A stretch of 43,239 nucleotides of DNA, counting the filler, from Welwitschia mirabilis (lineage: Eukaryota): assembly GCA_051453625.1 (NCBI GenBank). It is 3 parts of one record of this genome, joined end to end, with 100 filler letters (N's around TTAATTAATTAA, not from the genome) between each part and the next. Parts side by side here need not be neighbours in the genome. Positions count along the whole stretch, not along the records: positions 32,341 to 43,239 come from JBOZIK010000001.1; 2 more parts are not named here. One strand, 5' to 3'. Shown one piece after another: positions 35,341 through 43,239 of this stretch; positions within the stretch are counted from its first letter, which is position 1; each line of letters opens with the position of its first letter. A program made the position numbers and the translations under genes. The notes beneath the pieces are model-generated. The model saw only the letters and a list, made by a program, of their open reading frames with translations, was not told where the DNA came from and searched no databases.

Positions 35341-36489
35341 AACTGTTTACTACAAAGTTTTCTTAATGCGAAGGCTATTCATATAAAAGGCAAAAGGCCC
35401 TTTGAGATTGATCCAACACTTATTAGAATTCGATAGCTTCCCCTAGCTGAAATACCCAAAGGTGACACTGGATCAAAAGGTTAGAATACTGTTGCTAGTA
35501 TCATGTCTGACAGTTGCGAGACTGTTGTTTCAACTAGTAGCCGTGCTTAAGATCGAATGCATTGATGTTTGGGGATATGGTTGTGGTCTTGTTAGTTGCT
35601 GAAAAGCAGAAGACATCTATGCAACCTAGTCTATGTTGATGTGAAGACAAAATATAGAATTATTTCATATGGATTCCTGCATTTTCAGCAGAAGGAAATT
35701 TCTTTCGTGTGCTGGAAGAAGAAATTGCAGAAGTTGCATTGTCATGGTTTTGGAGGATCCAGCCCAAATTGAGGTGCAAGAAGTATCAAGGACTTTCGAC
35801 ATACCATGTGAGCAGTTCTTGGACCATGTTGAGGTGTTTTCCATGGTAGTAGGAGTGGAGAGCCATGTTAGTAGGAGTAGAAACATACTTACAGAAATGC
35901 CTAGAGGATTGTTAACTATTATGATGTATCATGTGTTGTAAAAGTAAGAAGGACAAAAGATGTGAGGATGATATGTTCCATTAATTAAGATGTTTATGGG
36001 GTATGCCCATACCATTTTCTAGAGTCTTTCATAATGATTAATTATTATTGATTCTTAACCCTAATTATGGGGTTGAAGAAATCTATAAAGAGGAGAAGAA
36101 GTCATAGTGTTCTAAATCATCAAATAGAAAAGGTTTGTATTGTCTAGAAGTGAGGGTCTTGGGCATTAGACGTGCTCTAGATGTAGGGATGTGCCTGCTG
36201 TAGCAGAATTTGTTGATCCAAAGAGTGAATCAATGTTTGTTTGTATAGTGATTATTGTTGCATAATAAGGAGTGAATTGTTGACTGCCTATTGTTGATTG
36301 TTTTATGCTTAATCTATCTCTATTTTTGTTTTGCAGTGCTAAGAAAAGGGTTCGTACTGGCAAAATGAAAGTGACAATTGTCTTGCACCCTTCTTGATTT
36401 AGTTAGATCTTACATTTTTTTTTGAATTAAACAAGCAAAGATCATTATTCGTTTCTAACCGACTCCAAAATTTTATTTCTTAAGCAAAG

Positions 36490-36680
36490 CCGAATGAGTG
36501 ACATAGCTGTTGGCATTATTGTAATCCAGTCTTGTCATCCAGTGCTCTTGACTCAAAAGCTTTAATGCAACGCTTTTGCATCAGAATATCCTTCATCAAC
36601 ATGCTTCAACCATTCTGCTTCTTTCCAACAAGCTTGTTAATTGTTTGCAACCTCTCCAATTTGACGAGTCTTGCACATAT
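36490..36680 (-). pseudogene. Possible highly decayed copia gag N-terminus
   Basis: INKLVGK...MLMKDILMQKRCIKAF resembles the IEKFDG...MKDILxQ...KAL start of copia gag; short and degenerate. Confidence 0.3.
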
Positions 36681-37093
36681 ACAAAAATAGTAAAAAATGA
36701 TTGTAGGGACGCCATAAAAATGATTTTACAGGTACCTAAAACTTCGCTACATGAGTTCTTCTCTTTATTCACAGTGCTTTGCATCCTCTCTCTGCTACAG
36801 TCGTTGCACTTGGTCACAAAACTCTCTTGACTGCGACAGACTCCTCTAGTTTGATCACTCTGCCCCACTTTGCTTTGCTCTGTAGGATTCAACCACCACA
36901 ACACCCTAACGATCATGAAACTTTGATACTAGTTGTTGAACATTACACAATGAGAGCAGCGTAAGCAACCACAAAAACAAGAGAGAACCACAGNNNNNNN
37001 NNNNNNNNNNNNNNNNNNNNNNNNNNNNNNNNNNNNNNNNNNNNNNNNNNNNNNNNNNNNNNNNNNNNNNNNNNNNNNNNNNNNNNNNNNNNN

Positions 37094-37974
37094 CCAGTCC
37101 AGTTACGAAGACGGAGCCGCCAACCCCTACACGAAAGTCGACCCCGCACTAGAGCAGTATCAGGTGGTCCATCCAATGTGCTAGCAGTTTATGTGTACAC
37201 TTCCTCCTCCGCAATTCCCTAAGTAGCAGCCAGGAGCTACGTATACTGGTTTCAAGTATTGGGTACTACGGTCACTACGTATGCAAAGTACACCACACTG
37301 GAAGCAGCCAAAACAAAACACTTTGACCGTAACTAAGCCGGCAGGGGTGCATACGTAGATGGAGTGGTTAGGGACGAGTATACAATATTCATCGTATGCC
37401 ACCGATTAGAGGGCCACTACAACACACCGTACATGTTCACTTCCCCCTTGACTACCTTCCGAGTATGAGGGCGGTCCATACCATGGGCAGTGTGTAATGC
37501 GTGCAGTAATGCAACATTGGGCTATGGGGTTCTAAAGCTCCAATATCGATTGTGTGCGGAAGGTGGGGCAGTTCCCAGGTACTATACTGAAGGGCGTTCC
37601 ACTAGTATCTGGTGGTTACGTCCCATCAAGTTCTATATGGGGTAATAGTATGGGTCTATAGCTCCCCTCCCCTAACCAATAGACAGCAAAGGGAAGTCCA
37701 AACACAAGGAATCAGGGTATACACCGACATAACTGCCTGCCTTTGTATCGTGTTGGTTTCTAGTAGCCACTGATGCCCGCATACTCTAATACAATGGATT
37801 AAGTAGCAAGCTGCCTTCTAGTAGGCCAGTTGGCCTGTAGAGCCTACCAGCGTCACATAGCCTAGGGTTTATGATCAATCCCTGGTCCATGTGGCCATCA
37901 ATGTTTCATTCCCCTTATGTAATACACTCCTGTTGAGGGAGGCGGCTCGCTGCGCAGTCTGTAGCACCAGTCGA
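37094..37974. other. Compositionally alien 881-bp block of unknown origin
   Basis: About half G+C with abundant CpG and TpA in AT-rich, CpG-poor surroundings; no recognisable ORF. Confidence 0.7.
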
Positions 37975-40879
37975 TAAAACTTCGCTACATGAGTTCTTCT
38001 CTTTATTCACGGTGCTTTGCATCCTCTCTCTGCTACAGTTGTTGCACTTGGTCGCAAAACTCTCTTGACTGTGACAGACTCCTCTAATTTTATCACTCTG
38101 CCCCACTTTGCTTTGCTCTGCAACCACCACAATACCCTAACGATCATGAAACTTTGATACTAGTTGGTGAACATTACACAATGAGAGCAGTGAAAGCAAC
38201 AACAAAAACAAGAGAGAACCACAGACATTTAACATGCTTGAATCTTTTTTATTCTACATTCACGGATACAATTTTAGACCTCTTACTTGTTCGAGAATCC
38301 AAGGATATAAGTTGTTCTTGATAGCTTTAGCAGGGCATTACAAACAGAACAATGGTTGTAGCAACAGAAAACTTCAAGCAAGCATCCAAATTCTTGCTTC
38401 TTGTCTCCTGTGTTGATTTTTGGATGTCATCACTCCACACCATTACCCCTTCATGTAGATATTTACTGAGGTTAAATCCTCAACATAACTTTGACATGAC
38501 TTCAAGTTCCTATTAAATTACAAAAGACAAATTTTACATAAGAAGGACTTTAAACAGCCTTTTAACGGCAATATTTAAAAATAGAGGGAAACATAAAACA
38601 TAAAGGGAAGCTTTCGCTTCACTTTACAACATAACAGAGTTATACAGGCAAGTAAAAAGTTGCAGGAAGAGCTGTAAATGGCAAAGCTATTGTAAGTTAA
38701 GCAGATTATAATAATTGGTTTTATTAGTTAAACACATAATTACGAAGAAATTAATCATTGTTGTAACTCTTCATAGTTTCCATTTGAGACCTTAAATACA
38801 TAAAGAATGGACAATCCAAGTAATTGAAGAATTGGAGATTAATTGACTACTTTTCTTGATTTTCCATGTCTATAGGCAAAATAACTTTGTTTCTAATATC
38901 TTCAGTTGGGTCTTAAAGTCTTTGAATGCATATAGGACCTGAAGTTTATGTCTTCCACAATAAAACCATCTCATTTGTGAGAAGTCATCAGTAAAAGTTG
39001 CAAGGTATAGCTACCATTTGAATCTGCTGTCACAAGACTGGAATGCTGATACAATTAGTGCTTCATGTTCTAGCAACGTGTTGTTTTACTGGAGCACGTC
39101 TCCTTTTACCTTCTTAGATGTTGACAACCATTCTACTTCTGTAATAATGTCAACTGTTATACACACTTTTAGTTTGTGAAATTGTTTTCAATGGTGTTTT
39201 TCTGTTGGAAGAATTTTGTATTGACAGATCCCTATTGGCTCTTTTTGCCTTAGAGATCATAAATTTCTCAGTGGTTAAATGGTACATAGTGTGTATAGAA
39301 TGAATGTCATAATTACTGAATAATTTTGTGCTGGGTTGATTGCTATTAGGTAAACATACTATTTTTGGAAGGGTGTGCAGAGGGATGGAAGTTGTTAAGC
39401 GGCTTGGAAATGTCCAAACTGATAAGAATGATAGGTAATACCATGCATGTTCACACATCTTACACTATGCTGTTATCTGGAAACACATGGTAATTTCGAA
39501 ATGTTATTTGTTTGTTGTGGATGGCATTAGCCTTTTAAGCTTATGTGACCACAGAATTAATGATTTGTTTTCTTTAGCCAGTTTTTCTTATAAATCCATC
39601 ATTATTAATAACTTAAGTCTCTAGAATTAATTAATGAATTTTAATTATAAATGATTGCCTCGAAGGCATTGCCAGGCTGAAATTTCCGTAACCTGACAAG
39701 GTATAGATACTTTCCAGAAGTTACCATAACTCCAGTCCCTCTGATCATTAATATGTTGATTTCTAAAGCAATAGTGTGGTTGAATCTGCTAATAAAATCA
39801 ATGCAGATTTATTTCACATGGTAACAGCTGTATCACAAAATTTAGTTACGTCATTTACCTGTCATTATGCATTTTAGTCATATAGATAGTTTGCAGTTCT
39901 GGAATACTTATACAGAGTTCGAATGTGGGTGAATCTAAAACTTGTCCAGCTTGCAAATCATCCTTCTTTTATTCATATTGGGCTTAAGTTAACGGCTAGT
40001 GAGGAAATAGCTAGGGTTTCATTCAAAATTGAAAATGGGTATAAAAGTCATCCATTTTTAGTTATTAGTTCAAACGTGTGTTTTCAAATTGGGAAGGATT
40101 TTGCCTTTAAGACCCAAAACAACATGTCTACTTCTGTTGTAGAATATTTGCTTTAGTCCTTCATACCAGTGATACTGCATCTGTNNNNNNNNNNNNNNNN
40201 NNNNNNNNNNNNNNNNNNNNNNNNNNNNNNNNNNNNNNNNNNNNNNNNNNNNNNNNNNNNNNNNNNNNNNNNNNNNNNNNNNNNGAAGGATCCTGCCTTT
40301 AAGACCCTAAACAACGTGTCTACTTCTGTTGTAGAATATTTGCTTTAGGCCTCCTTACCAGTGATACTGCATCTGTTGAAACTTGTCAATTCAGCTTTCT
40401 CTAAGACAACACTCTTCTATGGTTTAGGCATTTCATTCCTCTCTTGTACTCTGGATCTTATTTTGATACTCAAGTCTAGGAGTTTTGTTAAAGTTTCAAA
40501 AGTTCACAAATTATGTTACAGGAGGAGTTAACATGGCTAGGATCTTAGAACCGATACTGTAGGAGAAACTTTAAACTGTTTTAAGATGTAACACCCTGTA
40601 GCACTAAGCAGCACAATGAACAGTGCCTTAATAGCTACAATGGTCCTACGTAACTATCACAAATCTGTTAGACTTTGCATTGCCAATTGATGCCAAACTA
40701 ATAAATTGGAGGACTGCAGATTGAAAGATATGTGGTATAGATCCCTTTGATAGCATTTCAACTTCAGAAGATAATCAAAGACGCATGCCAATTCTGATCT
40801 CTGTTGTTCATCTCTCAAAGTTGTGGGTATTGAGTTAATCAAATCCCTACTGGGACAACCAGCCTTGGAACAGGACTGT

Positions 40880-41330
40880 CAAGCTACTTCAGATTGGGGC
40901 ATCCAGATCCATAATGACATCGACTGGACTGTGAGCTTGCTTTAGGTCAGGGTGACCAGATCCAGCATCAGGTCAACTGGATTGTTCTTAGTCCAGATAC
41001 TGGTCGTAATGGGGTCAACAGGATTCTTCATGGGGTCAATTGGATCCTTCATGGGATCTACTGATTCTGCAGATAAGATCAAATTTGAATCGGTTTTCTA
41101 ACTATTTTCATTTTTTAGTGCTAGTTATTCAGTGTCAGGTTCTGATCATGCATTGGTTTGTTTGTCAACAGTTATCTTTATAAAAGATTTTGTTTTCAAG
41201 AGAAGTGACATCTTTTGATTTGTGGCTAATATATGCAAAAAGGCTTTTATGACCCTCGTAGAGCTCACCTTGGTTACTCAAAAATTTCTACTACTGAACT
41301 AAACTTTATGGACTAAAGCACAGATAGGGT
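40880..41330 (+). repeat. LTR fragment related to 1873-2765, opposite strand
   Basis: ggggtcaac/ggggtcaat motif cluster, then gcattgg, tataaaag, aaaaaggc in the same order as the reverse complement of 2160-2630; boundaries approximate. Confidence 0.45.
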
Positions 41331-41393
41331 TGATTTTAATAACCAATGCTTGTACTCACCTAGTTTGAATGCATTTTATGCTCGTAAGCACAT

Positions 41394-42900
41394 GATTTTA
41401 GGGGGAGCATAGCAAATTTGTCATCACCTTCTANNNNNNNNNNNNNNNNNNNNNNNNNNNNNNNNNNNNNNNNNNNNNNNNNNNNNNNNNNNNNNNNNNN
41501 NNNNNNNNNNNNNNNNNNNNNNNNNNNNNNNNNATTTTAGGGGGAGCATAGCAAATTTGCCTTCGCCTTCTAGTTCTCATTTTTGCAGTGCATTTTAAAG
41601 GTTGTTATGATTGGCAAGGGGGAGATTGTTGGAGCAATTGGATGACTAGTTTCAATGATGAGCTAGTTGAAGTAATGGATCATGTCTTGAAGATCATATT
41701 TTCTGAAGGAGACTCCCTTGAACATTCAGGATTTGTTGACCAACTAAATTAGAGCTCAAAACTTCCAAGTACCATAGTTTAGACAATGGGATGTCTAGGA
41801 TTTTTGGTGGGATGTCCGGATTTTACAGCCATACNNNNNNNNNNNNNNNNNNNNNNNNNNNNNNNNNNNNNNNNNNNNNNNNNNNNNNNNNNNNNNNNNN
41901 NNNNNNNNNNNNNNNNNNNNNNNNNNNNNNNNNNAAAGGTTGTCATCATTGGAAAGGGGGAGATTGTTGGAGCAATTGGATGACTAGTTTCGATGATGAG
42001 CTAGTTGAAGTGATCATGTCTTGAAGATCATATTTTCTCAAGGAGACTCCCCTCAACATTTAGGATTTATTGGCCAACTAAATTAGAGCTCGAAACTTCC
42101 AAGTACCATAGTTTAGAGAATGGGATGTCTAGGATTTTTGGTAGGATGTCTGGATTTTACAGCCATACACATTGACTAGATAGACTGTGGGACATTTAGG
42201 AAATTTTAGTGAGACGTTTGGACTTTTCAGAAAGAAAACTGTGAATGAGTTGGGATGTCCAGGCAATTCTAGTGGGATCTCAGGGGTTTTGAAGACAAAT
42301 GTTGGCGAAAAATCAAATTTAGATCTCCTCTAGCCAATGCCATTACAATGCATTGGCGGCAGAGATATCAAGATTGATTGCCTTCCACCTTAATACTTCA
42401 ATAACTGTCTTCATGTACCTATAAAGTGTCCAAATTGGAATTGTAAAGTGTGGAACTGTACAAAAATAGGAAAATCTTTCTGTACTAAGAATCTTTTCTT
42501 TCCATTGTTTCTCTACTCCTAACTGTTGTATTCTTTTTGCAAGACTCCATTGTTGATTGGAAACTAGCTCAGAGACTTAAGTAAGGTGTTTTGCTTGTAG
42601 TCAAGGGAACCGTTGGTGAAAAGGGTAATTGAAAACCAGCTTGGAGAATTAAGCAAGGTGTTTTGCTTGTGATCAAGGAAACCCTTGGTGAGAAGGGTTG
42701 ATTAAAGTTGTAAGTGTTGATTTGGTTCTAAGGGAACCGGAAGGCTAACTAGAGTACACTAGATTATCGAACCACTATAAATCTTTTGATGCATTGTTTC
42801 TATTCTATTACTATTTTGTTTTGTTAATTTGTAAGTCATTTTAGTTGTTTTAAAATCCCTATTCACTCCCCCCTTTCTAGGGTGTTTTATGATCCTAACA
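41394..42900 (+). mobile_element. 3' end of a third SIRE-like element: PPT-like tracts, PPT and 3' LTR (41965-42900)
   Basis: gtcatcattggaaagggggagat-tgttgg; LTR ends gatcctaaca with no PBS after it; shares gggatgtcc, ggaacc.gaaggctaa and gaaccactataaa with LTR 22376-23387. Confidence 0.8.
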
Positions 42901-43239
42901 AGTCTTCTATACTCTAGGAGAGGAAGAGGTTGGAATTCCATGCACAGATCATGGAAGAGGTAGTGATAAGTGGAGGGGTTGAGGGAAAGGAGGAGTAGTA
43001 GAGAAGAGGCGAAGGGAATCTAAGCAACGAACAGGCTTTTGCATGAAGTCCACCCCTTTACTTGAGAAGGGATTCCTTCAACTTTGGACCTGACTGTTAG
43101 AAAAATGCAGCAGAGCAAAAGCAAAATGCAAACATCAACAGATCATATTTACGTGGAAAACTCCAATGTGGGGAAAAACCATGGAAGCAATGTAGAGCTT
43201 TCTATTAGAATGAAAAGGGGAAGGACACAAGCCGTCCTC

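Noticed and set aside
37094-37650. Endogenous viral capsid (Arg-rich start) or 11-bp inverted repeat ctacgtatgca/tgcatacgtag
   Set aside because: The frame has repeated stops and no recognisable motif; one 11-bp inverted match in ~900 bp can occur by chance
41627-41834. Second LTR forming a tandem or two-LTR mini-element
   Set aside because: It ends at a 100-N gap and repeats together with its upstream PPT, like the other overlap artefacts
42901-43239. Minus-strand LINE zf-RVT remnant (YHYLFHDLC)
   Set aside because: Too degenerate to support

Overview
Repeat-rich land-plant nuclear DNA from a gappy draft assembly. Two N-TTAATTAATTAA-N linkers split it into three pieces that may not be neighbours: 1-25761, 25862-32240 and 32341-43239. 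Piece 1 is a three-level nest. A decayed Ty3/gypsy Tat-type element (GAG-PROT-aRH-RT-RH-INT order) is interrupted in RT by a Sirevirus-like Ty1/copia element (8008-23387, env-like ORF). That element's gag is interrupted by a 7,049-bp non-coding TG...CA insertion (9462-16510, perfect TAACT target-site duplication). The insertion consists of two ~3.3-kb modules, each with an array of 135/143-bp units carrying a covarying 12-bp stem-loop; this is the most unusual structure in the window. A ~206-bp-period TRIM family with tRNA-like A/B-box motifs occurs at both ends of piece 1. Piece 2 holds a gypsy RT fragment and the 3' part of a second Sirevirus-like element. Piece 3 holds one internal exon of a PPIL1/CYP18-2-like cyclophilin gene. 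Its long introns contain LINE/LTR debris, gap-flanking duplications and an 881-bp compositionally alien block that may be an artefact. All identities were judged by eye; no searches were run.
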